A DNA stretch of 64,000 nt, from positions 23,994,001-24,058,000 of the forward strand of contig NC_043010.1 of NCBI RefSeq assembly GCF_006345805.1, read 5' to 3'. Source of the DNA: Octopus sinensis. Taxonomy: Eukaryota. The stretch's first letter is position 1, and each line of letters starts with the position of its first letter. The notes under the pieces are model-generated. The model saw nothing but the letters and a program-made list of their open reading frames with translations. It did not search any database and was not told the DNA's origin. This document shows, piece by piece, positions 1 through 13,514 of the stretch. A program made the position numbers and the translations under genes.

Positions 1-381
1 TTCAATGTCTGTGAGTCTGTTATTTCTAAGGATATCCTTCCTCACATTTGCCAATTTGTTCTCGTCCAAATAGGGCCTAATGTCTTGATTCCGTGTTCTC
101 CATATACTGTAAGAGTTTGCGGTGTGTCTCTGTTGAGATGGCCTACCTAATACATAGTAATAAGCGTATATTACTTCTTTATACTCTTCTCGTGTCCATT
201 TGTTCCACTTACATTTTTCTTTCTGTGGTGGTTGTGGTGGTGAACTTGGAGGGCTCGAGTTGGGGAATTTCCCGTTCAAGTGACCATCCATGTCCGTATT
301 CGGAGAAGAGTTTGTGCCAGTTGATGACTTTTCGATCCCAGGCTGGCTCTTCCCTGGGGGACGCACTTCCAGATTAACCAT
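1..381 (-). CDS. N-terminus of Dong/R4 ORF (partial, open to the window edge, absent from the ORF track)
   Basis: Hand translation from ATG at 381: MVNLEVRPPGKSQPG...KWTREEYKEVIYAYYYVLGRP...IRPYLDENKLANVRKDILRNNRLTDIE, no stop found to base 1. Matches the PYIDSNKLANVRRNI motif of subfamily A. Confidence 0.75.
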   Translation of the reverse strand, partial: MVNLEVRPPGKSQPGIEKSSTGTNSSPNTDMDGHLNGKFPNSSPPSSPPQPPQKEKCKWNKWTREEYKEVIYAYYYVLGRPSQQRHTANSYSIWRTRNQDIRPYLDENKLANVRKDILRNNRLTDIE

Positions 382-422
382 AGGACAAGCGATTTGGTAT
401 ACTGATTTGGTTTTCCTTTTAG
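1..422 (-). mobile_element. 5' end of an R4/Dong-clade non-LTR retrotransposon (subfamily C-like), running off the left edge
   Basis: Homologous to 63028-63357: shared 5'UTR motif AATCGCTTGTCC(T/A)ATGG and shared KWxREEYKEVIYAYY peptide. Confidence 0.85.
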
Positions 423-919
423 TTTCCAAAAACATTTTGGTGCTACGATAATATTATCATTTTTGAGCTTTGATTGGCTCGTGGGGAGACGGCCATCATT
501 GCCGTTACAATTATAATCGTACTATTATAGCAGCCGTAGTCGGCTTATTATTGTTATTATCATCACCATTATTATCACTATTATCCTTATCACCACTATT
601 ACTATCATCATTATCATCATCACCATCACCATCATCATCATCATCATCAATGATATTGTTTTATGTGTAGTCACAGCAGTATCTTATTGTTTTTTTTTTG
701 TTTTTTTGTTTTTTTTTATCATTATCACCATCACAGTAGTGTCTGTCTGTCTCCTTGGCTGGCTGGGTGGTTGGCTGGGTGGTTGGCTGGGTGTTTGGCT
801 GGCTGGCTGTCTTCAACGCCAGAATTCTTGCCTGTCAAATAATACTTTCATATTTGGTTAACATCTAAAGAGCCGAGGTGAGGTTTGTGTTGGCTGAACT
901 CTGTGAGTGTGTGTGTTTG

Positions 920-936
920 TGTAGATATTATTATTA

Positions 937-995
<59 letters not shown>

Positions 996-1016
996 ATTAT
1001 TATTATTATTACTATT

Positions 1017-1089
<73 letters not shown>

Positions 1090-1115
1090 TTCTTCTTATT
1101 ATTATTATTATTATT
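920..1115. repeat. (TTA)n/(TTC)n compound microsatellite; tail/target array of a minus-strand Dong 3' end
   Basis: Directly visible. Confidence 0.95.
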
Positions 1116-1164
1116 GAGTGAGAGAGCAGTGCATGCCATCAAATGACCCTGGGGTAAAATATAC
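1116..1164 (-). mobile_element. Terminal ~49 bp of a Dong 3'UTR (same 3' end as subfamily C at 60667)
   Basis: Shares ATCAAA(G)TGAC(A/C)C(A/T)GGGGTAAAATATAC with ~60673-60700; abuts a (TAA)n tail on the minus strand. Confidence 0.7.
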
Positions 1165-2706
1165 TGGAATACTCGTTGAGTCAATGTACGAACATCTGGA
1201 AAAAATGTAGTCCTGTCACATGAGCAGAAGGGTTGTAGAGGTAACAAAGATCAATTCCTGATCGACAAAACTGTACTTAGAGACTGCAAGAGGAGGAAAA
1301 GTAATTTAGCCATGTCACGGATCGGCTATCGTAAGGCGTACGATATAATCCCACACTCTTGGATAATGAAATGTATGAACATATTTAGTATTGCATCGAA
1401 TGTTGAGCGATTGCTTCAAAAAAGTATGGTGAATTCGAGGACGGACCTGACAGCATACTGAAGATGTTTAGAGATGACATTGATTCTGAGGAAAGCAAAA
1501 GCTGGGTATGTATTCAAAGGCCGCCAACAAAAAGTCATCCATTTATTATTCATGGATGATCTCAAACCTTATGGTAAAGATAAGCACAAATCAGTTCCCT
1601 TGTTGATACGGTGTATACCTTCAGTGCTGATATCAGAATGGAGTTCGGACTGAGAAAGTGTGGTATGTTATTCTTGAAGGGAGGCAAAATCAAATGTACG
1701 GACGGGCTATCGATACCGTCGGGAGAGGCTATGAAATAGATAGAAAAGACTGGTTATAAGTACTTGGGAATTTTGGAAATGGATGGAGAAACAAAAGACA
1801 GAAAAAATTAAGGTGGAGTACTTACGTAGACTGAGACTGATCCTTAAGTCGAAATTAAAGAGACGGAATCAGATCGAAGCTATCAACACCTGGGCGGTTT
1901 CACTCCTAAGATATGGAGCAGGTGTAATCGCATGGACAGTAGACGAACTAAACAGCTTAGGTAGAAAGATAAGGAAGTTGCCCAAGAGCAAGCACTAAGA
2001 ACAAACTACATGAAATACAGAATAAGACAACACATCAGAAAGTGATAAGTGCAGAATCTGTGGACAAAATTGTGAAACCGTATGGCATATTACCAGCCAA
2101 TGTACGCCATTAACCCAAAAGGAATATAAGAGACGCAAGGGCAATAAAGCAAGGCTTATCCACTGGAGTCTTTGCAACACGTATGGACTTGACAGAGCAA
2201 AAAATTAGTACAACCACAAACCCGAAGGCAACATCGAAAATGACAATGCAAAGATCCTGTAGAATTTTATGATTCAATGCGACCATGAGATAGAGAATAG
2301 AAAGCCAGACATAGTGTTAAATCAGAAAGAAAGCAAACTATGCTGGATCATAGATATAGCATGTCCGGCTGACAACAAGATATGCGATAAGGAAGAAAGA
2401 AAAGTCAATAGATATGACAGTTTAGCTTGGGAGATTAAGCAGTTTTGGTCGATAAAAAAGGTGGTAATATTACCAATAACTGGCGGAACTCTGGGAACAA
2501 TGAGTAAAAATCTTGAGAAGTACATGGAACAAATAGGGGCTGTAATAAGGGTGGAGCACTTGCAGAAAGCAGCACTGCTTGGAACCGCTCGAATACTCTG
2601 GAAAGTGCTCGAAAAATAAGGGGTGTTACCTTAGTTCACTTGTAGTGAACATCTGACACTGTACTACATCTCACTGTACTACATCTCCTAGAAGCTGCGC
2701 AAAGGC
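1163..2706 (+). mobile_element. 5'-truncated, internally deleted R4/Dong element (subfamily D)
   Basis: Fragments [37 protein letters not shown] knuckle CRICGQNCETVWHITSQC, RLE endonuclease RKPDIV...IIDIACP, and C-terminus LGTARILWKVLEK. Followed by (GAT)n(AAT)n. Confidence 0.9.
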
Positions 2707-2764
2707 AATGATGATGATGATGATGATGATAATAATAATAATAAAGATGATAATAATAATAAAG

Positions 2765-2830
<66 letters not shown>
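2707..2830. repeat. (GAT)n/(AAT)n array between Dong D and Dong A
   Basis: Directly visible. Confidence 0.95.
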
Positions 2831-5800
2831 GCTACTGGAAAAATCAGCTACTGGATCAAATCTTCCCGACACGCAGGAGCTGGACGTACCCCGCAACTGG
2901 AATATTCCAACAGATGGCCATCCATGCTCGTCACCAAACACTCAAAAGAAAAAGAAGGAAAAATGGACTAGGGAAGATAATAAAGAAGTTCTATACAAAC
3001 CTACATAAACTGGAGACAGAAACACCCTGAAGTAAGACCCTACATAGACAGTAACAAACTTGCCAACGTCAGAAGAAACATTATAAAAAAAAAAATTACT
3101 GACTGAAGTAGAGATTGATCAAATTAAACAAGCAGTAACGGATAGAATGATCGAAGCTGCAGCTAAAGAAGATAATACAGAAGAAATAATTATAGACCAG
3201 CTCAGAGCTAATAAAAACGAAGTAAGGATTGAAAGAGTTAGTATAAGTGATAGGCAAAGTGAAATACTCCCTGAACCAAATATAAACACTAAGACAGATG
3301 AACATCAAATAGATGAAGAAAGTCACACAAATATTGACCCGACAGAACTACATGAGCTAAAAAGTCAAATCATGATTGAATGGCTGAAAATTAAAGAAAC
3401 CAGTATGAATGGACATGATACACTCCCTAAAATACGCAAATCTAACCAAAACATGAAAATAATTGGTAAAATCCGGCTTGCACTTAAGGATATAATTTCA
3501 GCTAATGATGTTGATATCACAGATCTCAACCACCTATACTATGCATCCGCGAAAATCTCAACGATCCTATGTGGTGAAAAGATTAGAAAACGGCAACATT
3601 TCCACAAAAAGCCCTCTTGGCAAGAGCGTTTGCAACAACAAATTAAACTATTTAGATCTGACATTGAATATTTGAAAAACCTTAAGGTTCATAAGACTAC
3701 CAAACCTGCAAAAACCCAAAAACTACTGAAAAAATATAATATGGAAACTATACTTGATATTGATGCCACCATAGAAACCATCAAGCAAAAGGTATCTGCT
3801 AAAGCTGCCCGCATAGCGAGGTATGAAAAGCGTATTAGATTCTTCAGGGACAACAACATGTTCAAAAATAACCCCAAAAATTTTTACAGGAAGATAGGAA
3901 AAACAACAGTTACTGTAAAGTCTGTACCATCAACAGAAGAAGTGCAGGGATTTTGGAATAAAATTTGGGCAGAAGAAAAAACACACAGCGAAAAGGCCCC
4001 CTGGATTGATAGAATATCTAAAGAACTGGACTCCTTAGAAGAGCAAAAGTGGGAGGGTGTCAAGGTAGAAGATATAAGATCTGCTCTCAGGAGGTCAAGC
4101 AAATGGAAGTCTCCAGGAAAGGATAAAATCCCTAACTTTTGGTTGAATGCCTTCCCAGAGAGCCATGAACTTCTAGCAGAACTTTACAATGATGTTTTGC
4201 AACACCCTAGTAGGATGCCTCCTTGGCTAGTTAATGGGTTAACATTCCTGCTTCCAAAAAGTGAAGAAACAAATGAACCCAAAAACTATAGACCCATAAC
4301 CTGCTTAACAACTATGTATAAAACACTAACATCTGTCCTGACGGAATATACTTATAGTTTTTTGACAGACAGCAGCATATTCCCTAATGAACAGAAAGGA
4401 TGTAAACGTGGATCCTACGGTTGTAAAGATCAACTACTCATCAATAAGATGATCTTAGAAGATTGTCACAAACGACACCTGCTCTGCGAAACTTTTTGTC
4501 TGTAAGTATGAGATCATGGAGAACCACACTAACTTTGAACAGTGACAATGAATCTCTAAATGCTGGTGATGTAAAAATTTCATGTGGCATTTTCCAGGGT
4601 GACTCACTATCACCGCTCCTCTTCTGTTTAGCCTTAATACCTCTCTCAAAACTGCTCAATGACGCGCAGTACGGGTATAAAATGTTTGATAAAAATATAA
4701 ATCATCTCATTTACATGGATGATTTAAAGCTCGTGGCAAAAAATGACCAACAACTCAAGGGCTTACTAGCGATTGTCAAACAATTCAGTGATGACATCAG
4801 AATGCAATTTGGCCTCGATAAATGCGCAAAAGCTACCTTTATCAAAGGAAAAATGACAGAAACATCTAACGTTAACCTTGACCAGCAGAATGTCATAAAA
4901 GAATTAGACCCAGCAGAGAACTACAAGTATCTAGGGGTAATTGAAGGAGAAGGAATAAGGCATTCAGAGATGAAGGAAAGGATCAGGAGAGAATGCTATC
5001 GCAGAGTAAGAGCAATACTCAAGACAGAGCTGAATGCGAGAAACAGGATCGAAGCGATCAATGCATTAGCCATACCAGTCGTGACTTACAGTTTCAATAT
5101 CGTTAACTGGTCAATTACTGAAATATGTAATCTTGACAGAAAAATACGAAAACTGTTGACAATGCATAGAATGCACCACCCTAAGGCAGATACAGAACGA
5201 CTTTATCTGCCAAGAAAAGAGGGAGGCCGTGTACTTTTACAACTGGCAATAACAATTGGCCTAGACACCTACCTGAAAAACTCTGAGGACTAGATGTTAA
5301 AACTTGTCTCAAAACATGAAAACAAGAAAGCATCATACTCAGTAACAAAACAGGCAAAGGAATATCTAAGTGAATTCCGAATACAACAAATTTTGGAATT
5401 AGAGATAGACATACAAGAAACAGGCACAGAAAAAGCTAAGCGCATGAAAACCCGTGCTAAATCTGCGGCCTTAGATATTCTGAATGATAAATGGCAAGAA
5501 AAACCTCTCTATGGCAAATACCCAAAGAGAGCAAATAATGCAGATGTTGACAAAGCCCTGACCCATCAATCGCTAATGGCCTCTGGCTTAAAATCTGAAA
5601 CAGAAGGGTTTATCATAGCAGCTCAAGATCAATGCCTACCAACAAGAAACTACCAGGCCAACATATTAAAGATCAGAAGCAGTCCAACGTGTCGTGTATG
5701 CAAGCAACAAAATGAAACTATTGACCATGTGGTCTCCAAGTGCAGTCTACTAGCGCCTACAGAGTATCTCAACAGGCACGATAGAGCTGCACAATATATT

Positions 5801-6444
5801 CACTGGGTAATCTGTAAAAACCTGGATTTGCCCCATGAAAAAACTGGTGGGAACACAAACCACCCCCAGTGCTTGAAAATGACCACATCTCACTCCTCTG
5901 GAACTTCACCATTCAAACTGACAGAAAGATAGATGCAAATAGGCCAGACATCATATTGAAAGACTTCAAACAAAGAACATGCCTCCTCATTGATATGACT
6001 GTCCCAATCGATATAAACGTATCTGTCAAGACCTACCAAAAACTGAGCAAATATAAAGATCTTGAAATAGAAATCAGCAAAATGTGGAAGCTGAAGACTA
6101 AAACAATACCTGTTGTCATAGGTGCCCTGGGAATGATAGCAAAAGGGGCTGATAGCTACCTAACTCAGATACCAGGAAACCCCAAAATGGCAGAATTTCA
6201 AAAGATAGTGCTCATGGGAACTGCTCATATCCTACGCAAAATACTTTCTATGTAATCTCATGGTTTAAAACAAACATAATTTTCGGTTTAAAAAAAAAAA
6301 AAAAAAAACATTCATTAGTACAACACCCCCACCCCCCAAATATATGGCACACTAGGCATAACAACAACATGAACTTCCAACCCTGTTGTCTCCTGAGGTC
6401 TCTGGGTGAGACTTGTACAAATATAAAGCAAAAGTCAAACAAAG
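2831..6444 (+). mobile_element. Slightly 5'-truncated R4/Dong element (subfamily A, copy 1)
   Basis: Flanked by (AAT)n on both sides; RT, CCHC and RLE motifs; colinear inverted homologue at 56485-60560. Confidence 0.95.
3147..6255 (+). pseudogene. Disrupted RT-zinc knuckle-RLE polyprotein of Dong A copy 1
   Basis: ORF pieces 3147-4505, 4463-5293, 5294-5932 and 5869-6255 carry NYRPITCL, GIFQGDSLSPLLF, YMDDLKL, CRVCKQQNETIDHVVSKC, RHD and RPDII...LIDMTVP. A 97 bp deletion removes [10 protein letters not shown]. Confidence 0.92.
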
Positions 6445-6784
6445 AATAATAATAATAATAATAATAGAATGTTGATATTGATCTTGGCCTGTATAAAAAT
6501 AATAATAATGAAAATATGGTAATAATTGTAATGATAATAATATGGTATTAAGAATAGTAATATGTAATTAAATTAATTTAATCATAATTGTAATTAATTT
6601 TTTCCATGTTTCGTGCATGTGTGTATTACCATACGAAACGATCGAATGCATGCATTAAAATTTTATAAAATTTTTAACATCTCTTCTCATTCTTTAATTG
6701 TTTGTTGAGTTTATATAGGATACGTGTTCTATAAAATGCTCATAACATACCTTATACTTGTAAAATTTCCATATTCTTTTTTTC

Positions 6785-6988
6785 TCTTTACGTGTTTCAG
6801 TCATTTTCACTGCGGCCATGCTGGAGCACCGCCTTTAATCGAGCAACTCGACCCCGGGACTTATTCTTTGTAAGCCCAGTACTTATTCTATCGGTCTCTT
6901 TTGCCGAACTGCTATGTGACGGGGACACCAGCATCGGTTGTCAAGAAATGCTAGGGGGACAAACACAGACACACAAACAGACACATAC

Positions 6989-7046
<58 letters not shown>

Positions 7047-7207
7047 CATATATACGACTGGCTTCTTTCAGTTTCCGTCTACCAAATCCACTCACAAGGC
7101 ATTGGTCGGCCCGGGGCTCTAGCAGAAGACACTTGCCCAAGATGGCACGCAGTGTGACTGAACCCAGAACCATGTGGTTGGTTAGCAAGCTACTTACCAC
7201 ACAGCCA
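6785..7207 (-). mobile_element. Two tRNA-derived SINE fragments separated by (TA)n
   Basis: Same sequences recur at 14690, 19290, 39612-39950, 40300, 45228-45500 and 51440. Confidence 0.8.
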
Positions 7208-7841
7208 AAAATACATATATTTTTAAATACTTACAATAGTAAGCTACAAATTTAATATGAAAAATCTTTATTAGAAGTCTAACTTTGGACACCCCCACAA
7301 AGTAAAGGGATGAAATTGAACTCAACTTTCTCACATATATATACATAGACACACACACACACACACACACGCACACACACATATATTTGTCATTTATTGT
7401 TAAATAAAGTTCCTCAATATTTCTCCATCATTTATAGCTTTATGCGCGCGCGTATGTGTGTGTATGCCTGTGCTTCTGTGTGTAAGCGGATAATACAGTG
7501 ACCGGTATTATACGTATTAAATGGTATAATTGTTTCAACAAAATGCATGGAATAGATCGAAGATCATATATATGTACATTGGCTGAGAACAATTATATAG
7601 ATACGCTTATTATGAAGAGTATATTACATAGAAAACTCGGCAGTCATTCAAACATAATCAAACATATGCATATAATTCATTTTAAAAACCTGGCTTGCCA
7701 GGCAAATCCAAGTGCTGTGTGTGAGTCCTCCATATTAGAATTATGTATGTTTTCGTTTGTGTTTGTATCTGTGTCTGTGTAAACATACATAAGTGTGTGT
7801 GTTCATGTATGTATATAGACATATATACATATATATATAGG

Positions 7842-7888
<47 letters not shown>

Positions 7889-7961
7889 GGGGGGAGAGAG
7901 AGATACGTGCATACATACATGTGTATTTAGATATATTTACATATATGCATATGTGTGTGTG

Positions 7962-8833
7962 TATTCGCAGTCTGATCAATTAGTATTCGGATTGTTGACA
8001 TAGTAACGAAGCTAAAGGATTTAAAGTAAAGCCGCTTGGGATAGATTGACCTCGAACTTTGCTGTGCATGCGCACAAACATTTAACGTTCTAGCTCACTT
8101 CTGCTGCTTACAGCAGTGCTTAGAAGGAACGTGTGTAACGTGTGATCGTCACACTGATCATGACAGAGAAAGTTGTCATGGCGATACCTACTCAGCGGCC
8201 TACGCAAAGTTGCAGAAAGTATATGGAGAGGAGTGTATGAACCGCACATAAGTGTACGAATGGTCCAGACGTTTCCAAGATGGCCGAAAAAATGTTGATA
8301 TTGACGAAAGTTCTGAGATCCGCAACCATCAGATCTGAGAAATGTATCGCAGATGTGAGTGCAGCTGTGAGGGGAATAGTTGAATCACCATCCGTGAGTT
8401 ATCAGAGGATGTGCAGATTAGGTTCAGTTCAGTTCAGCCTATTACATCTGAAGATTTGGGTATGAGACGCGTGTCTGCCAAGTTTGTACCAAAACTGCTT
8501 TCAACAGACACATCGTTCTCTGATTGTGTCGAGAACGATGAAAACATTTTGAAAACTTTGCGTAGGCCTCTGAGCAGGTATCGCCAAGCTTTTGGCAAAA
8601 TTTGATGCAAATTCTCTGCTCAACTTTCTCTGCTATTTTTAATGCAATTATCACTCGCTACACACCTTCCTTCCAGGCACCGCTGTAAACAGTGGAAGTG
8701 AGCCAGAACGTTGACACTTAGAGCGCATTGCACACCAGAGTTCATGGTCAATCTGTGCCAAGCGGTTTCACTCTGTATTCTTTAGCTTCGTCAGTATGGC
8801 AATAGTCCGGATAATTATTGATCAAATCACGTA
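7962..8833. mobile_element. Foldback mariner derivative with two left (5') ends
   Basis: Diverged inverted arms 7962-8211 and 8554-8833. Transposase N-terminus on + (VYEWSRRFQDGRKNV, LGMRRVSAKFVPKLL) and again on - (EQRICIKFCQKLGDTCSEAYAK). Mariner-like TIRs ending in TA. Confidence 0.85.
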
Positions 8834-9059
8834 TATATTCATACATACATTTATGCGTGTATGTGTATCTATGAATATACAGACACTCCTATATATATGT
8901 ACTTCTGTGTGCGCGCATGTATATGTAGATATGTATGTGTGTATGTGTTTATATGCGCTTCCGTTCCTATCAATTTCACAACGGTAACGTGCAACTGTAT
9001 TTTAAAAACTTTCAATAGCATTCAACAAGCTCTCACATTCTTCATACACCTTTTCATTC

Positions 9060-9266
9060 TTTCTGCATTTCTTATGCATTCCTCCTTCACCTTCACTCTC
9101 TCTCTCTATCTATCTATCTAACTATCTTATTCTTTCTTTCCTCTCCCATTCCATCTCTATCTCTTCTTCTCTCTTTCTCTCTCTCTATCGTCATTCTATA
9201 TCTCCGTTTACGCGCGTTTTTTTACTGTACTTGTAGATGTGTGCATATATGTTGTACGTTGACATT

Positions 9267-9302
<36 letters not shown>

Positions 9303-9307
9303 TATAT

Positions 9308-9350
<43 letters not shown>

Positions 9351-9553
9351 TCAGGCACGAACAAATATATGCATGTGCAATTATTCATGTCTGCGTGAGT
9401 GTATCTAAATATATTTCACACGCATTCATTCACAAACCACGTATCCATACATCGCTATATGTGTGAATATATATGATGAGTTTTGCTTCTCAGATCTTAT
9501 CATTTCTCCATCTCTACTTAACAACTCTTCTTTATCGCCCTCTACCTCCTCTT

Positions 9554-9584
<31 letters not shown>

Positions 9585-10209
9585 TCCTTGACTCTCAATT
9601 CCTCTTCCTTCTTACTCATCATGTATTTCTCACTCCCATCCAATTTCGTCTCAACGTTTCTCAATATTTCACTCTTGCTCTCCCTCTTACCACCTCTCTT
9701 ACCGTTTGCTTCTTCAATTGCTCTCCTTTTTATTTTTTATCTCATCGATCTACTCACTCTCCCACGCTCTCCCTCCCCCACCCATCTCTCTCTTTCACTC
9801 TCTCTTTCTCTCCCTCCCTCACTTTCTATCTCTCCCCTTTCTCTCTCTCTCTTTCTCTCTCTCCAGCTCTATCTCACACATTTACTCCGTTTTACACTTT
9901 TACCTCAATTTGTGTCTCGCTACTACTCGTTTTCTCTCTAATCGTCATTTCTACCTCTTATTCTCTCCCTCTTTGTATATATATATATCTCTATCTATAT
10001 ATATATTTATCTTTCTCTCACTCCCCTTCACGCACCTTCTCTCCTTCTGTTTGTCTGTCTTTCTCCCATTCTATCTGATTCTCTCTCTCTCTCTCCCTCT
10101 CTGTTTGCCTGTCTTTCTCCCTCTCTCTCTCTGTCTCTTTGACTCTCTCACATTCTGTTTCTGTCTCTGACTCCCGTTCTCTCTTTGTCTCTCTCCCTTT
10201 CTCTCCCTT

Positions 10210-10242
<33 letters not shown>

Positions 10243-10660
10243 ACTAAACCACTCGTTTTCGTTCGCTGGTTCATGATTTCTGTTACAATCTTAAACTGTC
10301 TTTATTTTGATGCTTTCTCTATCCACCCCTCTCTCCCCGCCCCTCATCTCTATCTCACACGCACACACGCAAACACACACACATACACACTCACACATGC
10401 ACACACACAAACATACACACGTCTACACTCTCGATATCTACCTCACTTTCACAAACACACGAACTACGTTCTTTCTCTCTCTCTCTCCCCCACTCACTCT
10501 CTCGCTCTCCTTTTCTCTCTCTCTCTCTCACACACACAACTTCCTCACATTCATTCCTTCACATGTGTCTCACCTTCATTTCTTCCTTCCTTCATTCAAT
10601 GATACTCCATCTATTCTTTCTCTTTGACATCCTTCCAAGATATTTAAAAGTTCTCTTTTA
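9060..10660. repeat. Long pyrimidine-rich (CT)n/(CA)n low-complexity tract
   Basis: Directly visible; source of several spurious Ser/Leu-rich ORFs. Confidence 0.9.
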
Positions 10661-10672
10661 TTATTATTACTA

Positions 10673-10718
<46 letters not shown>

Positions 10719-10848
10719 TATTATCATCAACATCATCATCATCATTATCATCATCTTCATCATCATCATCATCATCATCATCATTATTATAATAAATTAC
10801 AAGATATCATTTACTGACTTGGTTTCAAATGCAGCAAGTATTTGTTGA

Positions 10849-10918
<70 letters not shown>

Positions 10919-11450
10919 TTATTATTATTATTACATCTGAAATATAATTTTATATGTTTATATATTTTCATCTCATCTAGTGCTATTGTGAAATCATGTT
11001 GAAATGGGCTTTAATTTCGGTGAGGAACACAGCAATTGAATGGTTCACAGCATGGCTTCCAACCGGCAAGCAACGGCAGATTCCAACATGCACGCCAGCT
11101 ACAGATCACAACGTTAGCAACAGTTGCGAGAGAAACGCATTCTCATGCAGGAAGACGCACACGCGAACCAACACGCCATCCATCCGTCCGTCCATCCATT
11201 CATCCATCCATCCATCCATCCATTCATTCATTCATTCATTCATTCATTCATTCATCTACCTCGTCATATTAACACATCTGATGCGCACTCCCAGATTCAG
11301 ACAGGCACAGGCATACAGTTGATCTCATACGCACACACATAGACCGACCACATGCAAGCACGACTGTAACAATACAGAGATGTAGTGGAAATTTAAAATA
11401 GTATATCTGTACATAAACATACCAGCATGCATATATGTACACACCCACAA

Positions 11451-11511
<61 letters not shown>

Positions 11512-11658
11512 CATACAAAAACGTATATACATATTTATATGAATATATGTATATTTACATTTACGATAGATAGACAGACAGGCAGATAGATAGGTAAATA
11601 GTTAGATAGATAAATAGATAGATAGATAGATACATACATACATACATACATACATACA

Positions 11659-11692
<34 letters not shown>

Positions 11693-11920
11693 GATTTGTT
11701 CATTGATAGATAATATATGCGTTTATACATACATATATATATATATATATATTATTCTGTGTATACCTATTAGCTATATAAACAAGCAACAACAATATAT
11801 ATGATTGTATATATATGTATGTATGCATATATAAATGTATATATTTACATATACACCTGTGCATATGAGCCAGTGTGTGTTTTGTGTGTAGAAATATGTA
11901 TACATACATATATTCCATGG

Positions 11921-11998
<78 letters not shown>

Positions 11999-12318
11999 AA
12001 CACATACACAGACACACACACACATACATATGTTTGTTATATATTGTGTTGAAGAACATTTAGGCGAGTGTAAAAGCAGCGAATTCGTGTTTCAGATTTT
12101 CTATTATTTGTTGAAAATTATTTGAAATATGAAATTTTTTTTTTCACCGGCCTAACTCCGAAATTCTGAAGAGAAAATATCTTTATTGTTTAATGATTCA
12201 CTGCTTTCCTCACATCTCATCGCACGTACAACATTATAATATGATGTGCTCAATAAACCCACTTGCCAATAACCTAGGCGAACGCACGCAGCCACGCAGT
12301 GACACACGGACCACATAT

Positions 12319-12401
<83 letters not shown>

Positions 12402-12421
12402 AATATATATCTATTATATTA

Positions 12422-12536
<115 letters not shown>

Positions 12537-12546
12537 GTGTGTGAAA

Positions 12547-12776
12547 GGCGGCGAGCTGGCAGAAACGTTAGCACGCCGGGCGAAATGCGTGGCCGTATTT
12601 CGTCTGCCGTTACGTTCTGAGTTCAAATTCCGCCGACGTCGACTTTGCCTTTCATCCTTTCGGGGTCGATAAATTAAGTACCAGTTGCGCACTGAGGTCG
12701 ATGTAATCGACTTAATCCCTTTGTCTGTCCTTGTTTGTCCCCTCTGTGTTTAGCCCCTTGTGGGTAGTAAAGAAAT
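12547..12776 (+). mobile_element. Apparently full-length tRNA-derived SINE
   Basis: A-box-like TGGCAGAAACGTTAG and B-box GAGTTCAAATTCC; no tRNA cloverleaf 3' half; flanked by microsatellites. Confidence 0.85.
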
Positions 12777-13092
12777 ATATATATAAATATATATGCGCGT
12801 ACACAAAATAAACACGCGAAGCCCATGCATACACTAGCCGACGCGCACAAAGGCGTAATAAGGTGTGTGTGTGTGTGTCTGTGTGTCTGTGCATGTGTGT
12901 TCTGTGATTGGGTGTGTGTGTGTGTGTGTGTGTCTGTACAAGTGCGTGTGTGTAGGTATGTATATGCAAGCATATGTATATACATATATACACACCATCT
13001 GACATACATAGACATAAGGTCATATATAGGTATATATATATATGTTTATATATATATATATACATATATGTATGTATATATATATATATATA

Positions 13093-13205
13093 GTTAATCC
13101 AAACAAGAAAGCACAAAAAAAACACAACAACGCGAGGACGTGGAACAAATATTGTATTATTGGACGCTCAGGAAAGAAGGAAAGAAGGAGGGTTTAACGT
13201 TTCGA
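13093..13205 (-). mobile_element. 3' fragment of PLE-type terminal repeat (family 2) with the 3' half of a hammerhead
   Basis: Near-identical to 45116-45219 and inverse of 44994-45105; minus strand reads TC-GAAA-CG-TT-AAAC; abuts (TA)n. Confidence 0.75.
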
Positions 13206-13361
13206 TATATATGTATATATACATATATATCTATATATCTATATCTTTGTATATATAGATACATATATATTTATGTATATATATACATATATACATCTGT
13301 ATATCTATATATGTATATATACATATATAGATATTATATATGTATGTATGTAAGTATATAG

Positions 13362-13396
<35 letters not shown>

Positions 13397-13397
13397 A

Positions 13398-13428
<31 letters not shown>

Positions 13429-13471
13429 CGTATGTATGTATGTGTATATATATATATATATGATATATATA

Positions 13472-13505
<34 letters not shown>

Positions 13506-13514
<9 letters not shown>

